Of a DNA stretch of 64,000 nucleotides, positions 19,152 to 28,046 are shown one piece after another. Each line of letters begins with the position of its first letter. Position 1 is the stretch's first letter. The DNA comes from an uncultured Hyphomicrobiales bacterium. GTDB taxonomy: Bacteria > Pseudomonadota > Alphaproteobacteria > Rhizobiales > Xanthobacteraceae. Under the pieces are notes generated by a model, which made no database searches, was not told where the DNA came from, and saw only the letters and a program-made list of their open reading frames with translations. Location of the stretch: contig CAZPBF010000025.1 of the NCBI GenBank assembly GCA_964584855.1, forward strand, positions 40,520-104,519, given 5' to 3'. A program made the position numbers and the translations under genes.

Positions 19152-20249
19152 ATGCAGCCTCTGACCGGACTTGTGGTGCTCGACTTCACGACGCTCCTTC
19201 CGGGACCCTTGGCGACCCTGATGCTCGCCGAGGCGGGGGCCGAGGTCATCAAGATCGAGCGGCCGGGCGGGGAAGACATGCGGCGGTTCGAGCCGCGCTG
19301 GGGCGATACCGCCGCTGCCTTTGCGCTGCTCAACCGGGGCAAGACCTGCCGATACCTCGACCTGAAATCTCAGTCGGCACGCGAGGAACTTAATGTTTTG
19401 CTTCAACGATCAGATATTCTGGTTGAACAGTTTCGGCCAGGCGTTATGGACAGGCTCGGGCTTTCGTATTCCGAGCTTCAGACACGTTTTCCGAAGCTGA
19501 TCTATTGCTCGATTTCAGGTTATGGCGCGGCAGGCCCCCGCGCGGCCGAAGCTGGCCACGATCTCAACTATGTCGGCCAGACCGGCCTTCTGGCGCTGCA
19601 ATCGGGGCCGCCGGACCGGCCTACGGTCCCGCCCGCGCTCATCGCCGATATCGCCGGGGGCACCTTTCCGGCTGTCATCAACATCCTTCTGGCGCTCCGC
19701 GAGCGCGACCGTACCGGCAAGGGCTGCCACCTCGACATCGCCATGACCGAGGCGATGTTTGTCTTCGCCTGGCATGCTTTGGCGCAGGGGGCGGCGACGG
19801 GGCGTTACCCGAAAAGCGGCGAGGCGCTGCTCACCGGCGGATCGCCCCGCTACCAGCTTTACCCGACGCGCGACGGTCGGCTCGTCGCCTGCGGCGCGCT
19901 TGAGGACCACTTCTGGGTGCGCTTTTGTGAAGCCATCGGCCTCGATGCGACCGATGCCGATGACAGCCACGATCCGCGTGCGACGCGAGCCGCGATTGCC
20001 ACCCTCATTGCCGCGCGAACGTCGGAGGAGTGGCGGCCGATCCTTGCAAAGGCCGATTGCTGCGCGACCATCGTGGTCTCGCTCGAGGATGCAATTCGCG
20101 ATCCGCATTTCGTCCAGCGCGGGTTGTTCGACCGCAAGGTGGCGAATGCCGCGGGCGAAACGATGCCGGCCTTGCCCCTGCCGATCGCTCCGCGATTTCG
20201 TGACGACACGCTTGTGAAGCAGGCTCCTGCAATCGACGAGGAGCGCTAG
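19152..20249 (+). CDS. Family III CoA-transferase (CaiB/BaiF type)
   Basis: MQPLTGLVVLDFTTLLPGPLATLMLAEAGAEVIKIERPGGED... is the hallmark N-terminus of family III CoA-transferases. The start at ATG 19152 trims a 643-aa track ORF that overlaps the AEC gene. Confidence 0.88.
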   Translation: MQPLTGLVVLDFTTLLPGPLATLMLAEAGAEVIKIERPGGEDMRRFEPRWGDTAAAFALLNRGKTCRYLDLKSQSAREELNVLLQRSDILVEQFRPGVMDRLGLSYSELQTRFPKLIYCSISGYGAAGPRAAEAGHDLNYVGQTGLLALQSGPPDRPTVPPALIADIAGGTFPAVINILLALRERDRTGKGCHLDIAMTEAMFVFAWHALAQGAATGRYPKSGEALLTGGSPRYQLYPTRDGRLVACGALEDHFWVRFCEAIGLDATDADDSHDPRATRAAIATLIAARTSEEWRPILAKADCCATIVVSLEDAIRDPHFVQRGLFDRKVANAAGETMPALPLPIAPRFRDDTLVKQAPAIDEER

Positions 20250-21472
20250 GCGTCGGTGGCCGTGCCGATCTTTTTTCCGCGCATCAGGTCGGGCTGCGCG
20301 GAAGCGGGCGCGATTCCCTCGCGCATCAGCGCGCGGCGCAAGGGGCCCACACTGTTCATCAGGTAGACGCCGAGGCCGCGCGCGCCTTGGAACGGCAGGA
20401 AGCCCGACAGCAGCGTCCGGTTCAGGAGATCGACCGCGAATGTCCGGCTGATCACGTCGGCGCGCCGGTCACGGTCGTAGTGGGCAAGCACATCTGCGCC
20501 ACCCGGATCGCGACCTTCGCGCACCGCCTGCGCGGCAAGTTCGGCGATGAGCGCTGCGTCGCGCAGGCCGAGATTGAGGCCCTGCGCCCCGATCGGCGGA
20601 ATGCGATGCGCGGCCTCGCCCGCGAGCGCGATGCGGCTGCCGGCGAAGGATCGCGCGGTTTCGACCGCGAGCGGGAAATAACCGATGCCCGGCTCGAGCG
20701 TCACGCGCCCGAGGACCGAGTGCGAGCGGCGCTCGATCTCTTCGCTGAGCGCGTTCGGGTCCATCGCGCGCAGCAATTCGCCTTCCGCCGGATCGACCAC
20801 GCAGACGATGCTCGACCGGTTGCCGGGAAGCGGCACGAGCGTGAACGGTCCGGACGGGGTATGGAATTCCGTCGAGATGTCGCGATGTGGGCGCGCATGT
20901 CCGACCGTCATCGTGAGCGCCACCTGCGGATAGCCCCAGCCGGACACCTCGATCCCGGCGGCGGCGCGGCAGAGCGACTTGCGCCCGTCCGCGCCGACTG
21001 CGAGCGGGGCGGAAATCGTCCCACCATCATGCAGGCGCGCGACGACGGCATCCGCGCCGGTCTCGATCGCGAGCGCGTCCTGCTCGACCCGCGTGAGGTG
21101 CGGCAGGTTCGCGGCGCGCTCCAGCGCGGCGATCAAATGGCGGTTCTCGATGTTGTGGCCGAAGGCATCGAGCGACAATTCGCCTGCCTCGAAGCGCGCT
21201 TCCGGCGCACGGATGAGCCGGCCGGTATCGTCGACGATCCGCAGCGTCCGCAGCGGCGCGGCGTGATCGCGCGCATCCGCCCAGACGCCGAGCGTATCGA
21301 GCGCCGTGACCGACCCGCCGAGCAGCGCGGTGGTGCGGTTGTCGGCGGGGGCGGCGCGGGCGACCAGCACGGTCTCGATCCCGGCCGAGGCAAGCGCGAT
21401 CGCCGCCGTGAGCCCCACCGGGCCCGCGCCGACCACCATCGCCTGCGCCGTTAACGACGATCCTTGCGCCAT
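20246..21472 (-). CDS. UbiH/UbiF/VisC/COQ6-family FAD-dependent ubiquinone-biosynthesis hydroxylase
   Basis: GAGPVGL dinucleotide-binding motif, GADG, and GEAAHRIPPIGAQGLNLGLRD. Confidence 0.88.
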   Translation of the reverse strand: MAQGSSLTAQAMVVGAGPVGLTAAIALASAGIETVLVARAAPADNRTTALLGGSVTALDTLGVWADARDHAAPLRTLRIVDDTGRLIRAPEARFEAGELSLDAFGHNIENRHLIAALERAANLPHLTRVEQDALAIETGADAVVARLHDGGTISAPLAVGADGRKSLCRAAAGIEVSGWGYPQVALTMTVGHARPHRDISTEFHTPSGPFTLVPLPGNRSSIVCVVDPAEGELLRAMDPNALSEEIERRSHSVLGRVTLEPGIGYFPLAVETARSFAGSRIALAGEAAHRIPPIGAQGLNLGLRDAALIAELAAQAVREGRDPGGADVLAHYDRDRRADVISRTFAVDLLNRTLLSGFLPFQGARGLGVYLMNSVGPLRRALMREGIAPASAQPDLMRGKKIGTATDA

Positions 21473-21526
21473 GTCATGGCCTGCCTTGCGGGGGTCTTTT
21501 AGTGGCTTGGCGGCGGTTTGGGGAGC

Positions 21527-21556
21527 CGGAAACCATGCTTTCGCTGGCGGTTTCCG
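21527..21556. promoter_or_regulatory. Inverted repeat in the divergent ubiH-like / DUF2182 intergenic region
   Basis: CGGAAACC (21527-21534) and GGTTTCCG (21549-21556) are exact reverse complements separated by 14 nt. GGCGGTTT also occurs twice as a direct repeat nearby. Confidence 0.25.
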
Positions 21557-21590
21557 TTGGCGCCCGCCTTGCGATAGGAGTGGGGCCGGA

Positions 21591-22478
21591 GTGGACCGTT
21601 TGACCGATACCGCCGGACCTCATGACCTGAGCCATTTGCCGCCGGCCGCTGCTCGCCTGGGCGCCGCAGCCGCGCACCCGCGTGCGGTCGCGGTCCTGTG
21701 CATTATCGTGATGACCGGACTTGGCTGGCTCTATCTCGGGGTCGTGGCCGGAAGCGCGATCGCGCAGGGCGGCGATTTCGTCTCCCTCGTGCGGGCGCTT
21801 TGCCGTCCGCTGGTCGAAAGCAGCTTCGGCATGCCGGCCGGCACAGGCCTTCGAGACACGTCGCTTCTGCTCGCGATGTGGAGCGCGATGAGCCTTGCGA
21901 TGATGCTCCCGAGCGCGGCGCCCATGATCCTGACCTATGCCGAGATCGCCGACACGGCGGCGGCGAAGGGTGAGCCGGTCGTCTCGCCGTTTGCGCTCGC
22001 GCTGGGATATGCCGCCGTGTGGATTGCTTTCGCACTTGCGGCGACGCTGCTGCAGAATGTGCTCGCGCGTTTTGCGCTGCTCGACACCGCAATGGCTCCG
22101 GCGAGCCGCACCGTCTCGGCCATGCTTTTTGTGATCGCGGGGCTCTACCAGTTTTCCGCGCTGAAGCAGGCATGCCTGCGCGCCTGTCAGCGGCCGTTTC
22201 CGTTCTTCTTTGCGAACTGGAAGACCACCTCATCCGAAGTCTTCGCGCTCGGCATGCGGCAGGGATTGCATTGCCTCGGCTGCTGCTGGGCGATGATGCT
22301 GTTGATGTTCGCGGTCGGCGTGATGAACGTGCTGTGGATGGCCGGCCTCGCGATTGCGATGACGGTCGAGAAGCTCGCGGCGACCCCGCGCATCAGCCGC
22401 GGGCTCGGTGCGGTCTTGCTCGGCATCGGTGCGCTGCTATACGGCATGCAGGGCCTTTCGTTGCTGAACGTGTATTGA
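21591..22478 (+). CDS. DUF2182-family predicted metal-binding integral membrane protein
   Basis: Multi-TM protein with MWSAMSLAMMLPSAAPM and HCLGCCWAMMLLMF motifs, as I remember for DUF2182. I propose a GTG start at 21591 with RBS aggag 10 nt upstream. The longer track ORF overlaps the ubiH-like gene. Confidence 0.75.
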   Translation: MDRLTDTAGPHDLSHLPPAAARLGAAAAHPRAVAVLCIIVMTGLGWLYLGVVAGSAIAQGGDFVSLVRALCRPLVESSFGMPAGTGLRDTSLLLAMWSAMSLAMMLPSAAPMILTYAEIADTAAAKGEPVVSPFALALGYAAVWIAFALAATLLQNVLARFALLDTAMAPASRTVSAMLFVIAGLYQFSALKQACLRACQRPFPFFFANWKTTSSEVFALGMRQGLHCLGCCWAMMLLMFAVGVMNVLWMAGLAIAMTVEKLAATPRISRGLGAVLLGIGALLYGMQGLSLLNVY

Positions 22479-22492
22479 GGGAGTGGCGTTCC

Positions 22493-23101
22493 GTGGAGTC
22501 GTGGTCGATTAAAGGCGAACTCGCCCTTTCCTGTTCCTGCGATGTGTTCTGCCCGTGCGTGATCTCGCTCGGAAACCATCCTCCGACGGAAGGCCATTGC
22601 CAGACCTGGGCCGGCCTTCGCATCGATGACGGACGTTTCGGCGACACCGATCTGTCCGGCGTCAAGGCCGGGCTGATGATCGAGATTCCCGGCCTGATGT
22701 CGCGCGGCAATTGGACCGCTGCGCTGTTCGTCGACGAGAAGGCTTCGATCTACGCGGTGAAGGCGCTCACCCGTATCTTCATGGGCAAGGTCGGAGGTTC
22801 GACGCATCTCCTGTCGATCCTCGTCGGATCGTTCCTCGGCGTGCGTCAGGTTCCGATCACGTATGACCTGCAGGATCAGACCCGCGTCATCAAGATCGAC
22901 AAGATCGTCGACGGCGCGATCACCCCGATCCGCGGCAAGGAGAAAGACTCGAACGTGACAATCCGCAACAGCGAATACTGGATCGCGCCGACGATCACCG
23001 TCGCGCGCGCAGACAAGTCGCGATTCCGCGCCTTCGGACGTAACTGGAACTTCGCGGGCAAGTCGGCGGAAATCTGCTCGATCGACTGGGGCAATCAATA
23101 G
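22493..23101 (+). CDS. DUF1326-family protein
   Basis: Soluble 202-aa protein with the N-terminal Cys cluster LSCSCDVFCPCV. GTG start at 22493 with RBS gagggag 9 nt upstream. It lies 14 nt after the DUF2182 stop, and this is the usual DUF2182/DUF1326 gene pair. Confidence 0.75.
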   Translation: MESWSIKGELALSCSCDVFCPCVISLGNHPPTEGHCQTWAGLRIDDGRFGDTDLSGVKAGLMIEIPGLMSRGNWTAALFVDEKASIYAVKALTRIFMGKVGGSTHLLSILVGSFLGVRQVPITYDLQDQTRVIKIDKIVDGAITPIRGKEKDSNVTIRNSEYWIAPTITVARADKSRFRAFGRNWNFAGKSAEICSIDWGNQ

Positions 23102-23833
23102 ATGGCGAGGCGGGGCGGGCGAGCTGCGCGCGCGCGCAAAAAGCCTGCGCGCGTTTCGTTTGCGGCTGCGTTCGCCGTCCACATCTTCACGGCGCTCGGT
23201 GCGGCGTACGCATTACTGGCGCTGCTGGCGGCCGGACAGCGCGACTTCGTCACGATGTTCTGGTGGCTCGGTGCCGCGCTGATTACGGACGGGATCGACG
23301 GCACTTTTGCGCGCAGGCTTGATGTCGCGCGCGTCGCCCAGCGCTGGTCCGGTGATGTCCTCGACTTCGTCGTGGATTTCACAACCTACGTTTTCGTCCC
23401 GGCCTATGCGCTCGCGGTCAGTGGGGTGTTGCCGCCAAATGTTTCGACATGGCTTGCCTGCGGCATCGTCGTTTCGAGCGCGCTGTATTTCGCCGACCGC
23501 GAAATGAAGACCTCGGATTATTTCTTCAAGGGCTTCCCGGCTTTGTGGAACGGCGTCGCTTTCCACATCTTTCTACTCAAGCCCGAACCGTGGATCGCCG
23601 CTGCCGGAATCGTTGCGCTGATCGTGATGACGTTCCTGCCGATCCGCTTCGTTCATCCGATGCGCGTCGCGCGGCTGCAAGGGCTCACCATCGCGGTGCT
23701 GGTGCTCTGGTCCGCCCTGTCGATCTATTCGCAGATAGCGGAACTTGCCCCGCCCTGGCCGATCGGCGCGCTTGCGACGATCTGCGCCGTTTACCTGATG
23801 GCCATCGGCGCGGCAATGAAGCCGTCGCGGTGA
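23102..23833 (+). CDS. pcs: Phosphatidylcholine synthase
   Basis: CDP-alcohol phosphatidyltransferase motif in its Pcs form: DGIDGTFAR-x12-GDVLDFVVD. Eight TM segments. The ATG is immediately adjacent to the DUF1326 stop (TAGATG). Confidence 0.88.
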   Translation: MARRGGRAARARKKPARVSFAAAFAVHIFTALGAAYALLALLAAGQRDFVTMFWWLGAALITDGIDGTFARRLDVARVAQRWSGDVLDFVVDFTTYVFVPAYALAVSGVLPPNVSTWLACGIVVSSALYFADREMKTSDYFFKGFPALWNGVAFHIFLLKPEPWIAAAGIVALIVMTFLPIRFVHPMRVARLQGLTIAVLVLWSALSIYSQIAELAPPWPIGALATICAVYLMAIGAAMKPSR

Positions 23834-23840
23834 GCTTTTT

Positions 23841-24563
23841 ATGATTGATCTTCTTCTCGATCCCCATGCCTGGGTGGCGCTGGTCACGCTGACGGCGCTT
23901 GAGGTCGTGCTCGGCATCGACAATCTCGTTTTTATCTCGGTTCTGACCTCGCGATTGCCGCCGGACAAATCCGAGCGCGTGCGCAAGATCGGGCTTTCGC
24001 TCGCATTCGTGTTTCGGGTGATGCTGCTGTTCGGGCTGACTTGGCTGATGGGCCTCACTCGCCCGGTGCTGGAAGGTTTTGGCATCTCTTTGTCGTGGCG
24101 CGACATCATCCTGATCGGAGGGGGATTGTTCCTGATCGCCAAGGCGACACACGAAATCCACACCGAAGTGGAAGGCGCGGACGCGGGCGAAGTCAGTCCC
24201 GCCGACGTCTCGCGCGCCTTCGCGATGATTGTTGTACAGCTCATCCTGATCGATCTTGTGTTTTCGCTGGATTCGATCATCACCGCGATCGGTCTGGTGG
24301 ATCAGATCGAGGTCATGGTCGCGGCCATTTGCATCGCCATGTTCGCGATGTATTTCGCGGCCGGTCCGGTAGGGGAATTCATCCGCGAGCATCCGAGCAC
24401 CAAGATGCTGGCGCTCGCTTTTCTGCTGATGATCGGGCTTGCCCTCGTCGCGGATGCGTTCGACTTCCACATCCCCCGCGGTTATATCTACAGCGCCATG
24501 GCCTTCTCAGCCGCGGTGGAGTTCTTCAACATTCTCGCGCGCCGCAACCGGCGCAAATCATAG
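23841..24563 (+). CDS. TerC-family integral membrane protein
   Basis: LTALEVVLGIDNLVFISVL and FSLDSIITAIG repeat motifs typical of the TerC family. Confidence 0.88.
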   Translation: MIDLLLDPHAWVALVTLTALEVVLGIDNLVFISVLTSRLPPDKSERVRKIGLSLAFVFRVMLLFGLTWLMGLTRPVLEGFGISLSWRDIILIGGGLFLIAKATHEIHTEVEGADAGEVSPADVSRAFAMIVVQLILIDLVFSLDSIITAIGLVDQIEVMVAAICIAMFAMYFAAGPVGEFIREHPSTKMLALAFLLMIGLALVADAFDFHIPRGYIYSAMAFSAAVEFFNILARRNRRKS

Positions 24564-24575
24564 AATAGGTTCGCA

Positions 24576-25310
24576 ATGGCACCTGTCGTTCTCGTGACCG
24601 GCGGCAGCCGGGGCATCGGCGCCGCGGTCGCAAGGCTAGCCGGCAAAAAGGGATTTCAGGTCGGCGTAAACTACAAGAGCAACGCTTCGGCGGCGAACAC
24701 GGTCGTCGAAGACATTCGGAAATCCGGCGGCAAGGCAGTGGCGCTCCAAGGCGACATGGGCATTGAGGCGGATATCGAACGTGTGTTCGCCGATCTCGAC
24801 AAGGCGTTCGGGCCGCTCACCCATCTCGTCTACAATTCCGGAATCGTCGGCAAGCCGTCACGTGTCGAAGACGTCTCGACGCAAACTTTGCGCGAAGTGT
24901 TCGACCTCAATCTTCTCGGCGCATTTCTATGCGCGCGCCTTGCCATTCCGCGTATGTCGACCCGTCACAAGGGGCAGGGAGGCGGGATCGTCCTCATTTC
25001 CTCCATCGGTGCGGTTCTTGGCGGGCCGAACGAGTATGTCTGGTACGCCGCGACCAAGGGCGCGATCGACTCCATGACCATCGGGCTATCCAAGGAACTT
25101 GCGGATGACGGCATCCGCGTGAACGCGGTGGCCCCGGGTCTTATCGACACCGAAATCCACGCGGCCGGCCGTCTCGATCGCCTCGTGCCGCTCGTTCCGA
25201 TGAAGCGAGCCGGAACGGCCGAGGAGATCGCCGACGCCGTGCTGTTCCTGATGTCGGAATCGTCCTCTTATGTCTCGGGTGCCGTCTTGCGCGTCACCGG
25301 CGGACGCTAG
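24576..25310 (+). CDS. Short-chain dehydrogenase/reductase (SDR)
   Basis: TGGSRGIG cofactor motif, NSG, and the catalytic YAATK. Confidence 0.9.
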   Translation: MAPVVLVTGGSRGIGAAVARLAGKKGFQVGVNYKSNASAANTVVEDIRKSGGKAVALQGDMGIEADIERVFADLDKAFGPLTHLVYNSGIVGKPSRVEDVSTQTLREVFDLNLLGAFLCARLAIPRMSTRHKGQGGGIVLISSIGAVLGGPNEYVWYAATKGAIDSMTIGLSKELADDGIRVNAVAPGLIDTEIHAAGRLDRLVPLVPMKRAGTAEEIADAVLFLMSESSSYVSGAVLRVTGGR

Positions 25311-25389
25311 CTTGCGCGGCTTCGTGCCGCGCCTATGATCTCGCCCGAAAACTTCACACGCGCGCAGGGCGCATTCACGGAGCATCGGC

Positions 25390-26367
25390 ATGGTTGCGGC
25401 AGTGCGGGTTCACAAGACGGGCGGTCCTGAGGTTCTGACTTTCGAGGATGTCGAGGTCGGTGCGCCCGGACAGGGGCAGATCCGCGTGAAGCAATATGCG
25501 TGCGGCATCAATTACATCGATACCTATTTCCGCTCCGGGCTTTATCCCTCGCCGGCCGGCTTGCCATTCGTCGCGGGCAACGAGGGCGCGGGCGAAGTGA
25601 CCGCCATCGGCGCGGGCGTGACCGATATCAAGGTCGGCGACCGCATCGCTTACGTGGTGGCTCTCGGCGGCTATGCAGCGGAGCGTTTGCTGCCAGCCGA
25701 TCGCGTCGTGAAGCTTCCCGATGCCATTTCCTACGAGCAGGCGGCGGGCATGATGCTCAAGGGTATGACCACGCAATATCTCGTGCGACGGACGTTCAAG
25801 GTCGAGAAGGGTCATACCGTGCTGATGCACGCCGCGGCGGGCGGAGTGGGGCAGATCCTCTGCCAATGGGCGAACGCGCTCGGCGCGACAGTGATCGGCA
25901 CGGTCGGATCGAAGGACAAGGCCGCGGTCGCGAAGGCCGCCGGTTGCCATCATACGATCCTTTATCGCGATGAGGATTTTGTCGCGGAAGTGAAGGAGAT
26001 CACCGGCGGCAAATTGTGCGACGTTGTCTATGACGGCATCGGCAAGGCCACGTTCCCGGGCTCCCTCGATTGCCTGCGTCCGCTCGGGATGTTCGTGTCG
26101 TTCGGCTCATCGTCCGGCCCAATCGAGGCGTTCAACATCGGGCTTCTGCAGGCCAAAGGATCGTTGTTCGCGACGCGCCCGACGCTGAACACCTACACCG
26201 CCAAGCGCGAGGATCTGGTGGCCACCGCGAAGGACCTGTTCGACATCGTCGCGAGCGGCAAAGTCAAAATCCCGGTGAGCAAGACCTATGCGCTGAAAGA
26301 CGCGCAGACGGCGCATCGCGAACTGGAAGGCCGCCAGACTACAGGCTCGCTGATCCTGAAGCCGTAA
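25390..26367 (+). CDS. qor: NADPH:quinone oxidoreductase (zeta-crystallin type MDR)
   Basis: 325 aa. GINYIDTYFRSGLYP and AAGGVG motifs of Qor-type medium-chain reductases without zinc ligands. Confidence 0.88.
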   Translation: MVAAVRVHKTGGPEVLTFEDVEVGAPGQGQIRVKQYACGINYIDTYFRSGLYPSPAGLPFVAGNEGAGEVTAIGAGVTDIKVGDRIAYVVALGGYAAERLLPADRVVKLPDAISYEQAAGMMLKGMTTQYLVRRTFKVEKGHTVLMHAAAGGVGQILCQWANALGATVIGTVGSKDKAAVAKAAGCHHTILYRDEDFVAEVKEITGGKLCDVVYDGIGKATFPGSLDCLRPLGMFVSFGSSSGPIEAFNIGLLQAKGSLFATRPTLNTYTAKREDLVATAKDLFDIVASGKVKIPVSKTYALKDAQTAHRELEGRQTTGSLILKP

Positions 26368-26407
26368 GGATGGCCCTTCCGTCCGCGTGCGCGGCGGGAC
26401 TCTCATC

Positions 26408-26755
26408 ATGCCGCGGTTGACCACCCACGTTCTCGATACATCGGCTGGACAGCCGGCAAGCGGCATGCGGGTCGTTCTGCTGCGGCTCGATGGTGTGGGG
26501 ACGACGATCTCCGATGTCGTGACCAACAGCGATGGCCGGCTCGACGCGCCGCTGATGGAGGGCGCTGCATTTAAAGCCGGCGAATACCAGATCGAATTTC
26601 ACGCCGGCGAATATTTCCGAAAGCGCGGCGTGCCGCTTGCCGATCCGCCCTTTCTCGACGTCGTGCCGGTGCGCTTCACGCTCGCAGGTGACGCGCATTA
26701 TCACGTGCCGCTCCTGATCGCGCCCTACGGATATTCGACATACCGGGGAAGCTGA
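26408..26755 (+). CDS. uraH: 5-hydroxyisourate hydrolase (transthyretin-like)
   Basis: MPRLTTHVLDTSAGQPA... ending ...YSTYRGS. The HVLD N-terminal motif and the C-terminal YRGS tetrapeptide are diagnostic of HIU hydrolases. Start at internal ATG 26408. Confidence 0.92.
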   Translation: MPRLTTHVLDTSAGQPASGMRVVLLRLDGVGTTISDVVTNSDGRLDAPLMEGAAFKAGEYQIEFHAGEYFRKRGVPLADPPFLDVVPVRFTLAGDAHYHVPLLIAPYGYSTYRGS

Positions 26756-27930
26756 TGGCCGCATTCATCGGCGAATGGCTCAACCTGCTGCTGCGCTGGG
26801 CGCATCTTGTCGTCGGGATCGGCTGGATCGGCACATCGTTCTATTTCATCGCGCTCGATTATTCGCTGCGCGCGCGCGAGCGCATGAGCGAAGGCGTGCG
26901 CGGCACCGCCTGGCAGGTCCATGGCGGCGGCTTCTATCACGTGGAAAAATACATGGTCGCTCCGGCGCATCTGCCGGCCGACCTGCACTGGTTTCGCTAC
27001 GAAGCCTATCTGACGTTTCTCACCGGCTTCGGCTTGCTGATCGTCCAGTATTACTGGCACGCCGATGTCTACCTGATCGACGCGAGCGTGATGCCGCTCA
27101 AGGCATGGCAGGCCGGCGCCATTTCCGTTTCGTCCTTTGTTGTCGGCTGGCTCGTCTATGACGGACTTTGCCGATCGCTTGCGCAGGATCGGCCGGGCCT
27201 GCTTTCGCTGTGCGTGTTTGCGCTGATCGTCGGCGCGGCGGCTCTCTACACACAGGTCTTTTCGGCGCGCGGTGCGTTCCTGCATGCCGGGGCGCTTGCT
27301 GGCACGATCATGGCGGTGAACGTCTTTGCCATCATCATCCCGAACCAGAAGAAGATGATTGCGCAGATGATGCGTGGTGAGACGCCGGATGCGCGCTTCG
27401 GCATCGTTGGCAAGCAGCGCTCGCTGCACAACAATTATCTGACGCTGCCGGTGCTGCTGATGATGGTGTCACCGCATTATCCGTTTCTGTCGGCGCATCC
27501 GCATTCCTGGCTCGTCGTCGCGCTCGTTTTCATGGGTGGCGGGTTGGTCCGTCATCTGCTCAATCGTGTGGACGCCGGAGACCCCTGGGATATCTACGGC
27601 TGGACATTGCCCGGCGCCGCATTCGCGCTTCTCTGCGCGATCTACGCGACGGCGCCGCGCGATGCGGTGACAGGGGACGTTCCGGACTCGGCGGCCCTGG
27701 CCATCGTGCAGAAGCATTGCGTGATGTGCCACGCGAGGGCGCCGGCTAATGTCAGCGTTTCGGAGGCACCCAAGGCAATCACGCTGGAAAATGTGGCGGA
27801 CATGAAGCGATTTGCTCAGCCCGTGCGGCAGCAGGCCGTAGAGAGCCATGCCATGCCGCTCGGGAACCAGACCGGCATGACCGATGTCGAACGCGATACA
27901 CTCGGCCGCTGGATCGCCGGGCTGAAATAG
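26755..27930 (+). CDS. puuD: Membrane-bound urate hydroxylase PuuD-like protein with C-terminal c-type haem motif
   Basis: N-terminus LLRWAHLVVGIGWIGTSFYFIALD and multiple TM helices. CVMCH haem-binding motif at 27718-27732. The ATG overlaps the uraH stop (ATGA). Confidence 0.8.
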   Translation: MAAFIGEWLNLLLRWAHLVVGIGWIGTSFYFIALDYSLRARERMSEGVRGTAWQVHGGGFYHVEKYMVAPAHLPADLHWFRYEAYLTFLTGFGLLIVQYYWHADVYLIDASVMPLKAWQAGAISVSSFVVGWLVYDGLCRSLAQDRPGLLSLCVFALIVGAAALYTQVFSARGAFLHAGALAGTIMAVNVFAIIIPNQKKMIAQMMRGETPDARFGIVGKQRSLHNNYLTLPVLLMMVSPHYPFLSAHPHSWLVVALVFMGGGLVRHLLNRVDAGDPWDIYGWTLPGAAFALLCAIYATAPRDAVTGDVPDSAALAIVQKHCVMCHARAPANVSVSEAPKAITLENVADMKRFAQPVRQQAVESHAMPLGNQTGMTDVERDTLGRWIAGLK

Positions 27931-28046
27931 GGGAAACAAAATTTGCAGCGGACTGCGTCCGCCAAGGGATTTTTCCGCAATAGCGGTTGTTAGTTGGAGT
28001 ATTGGCCGCTTTGGCCCCCAGCAAGGGCGATCTTGGGAGAAAACAG

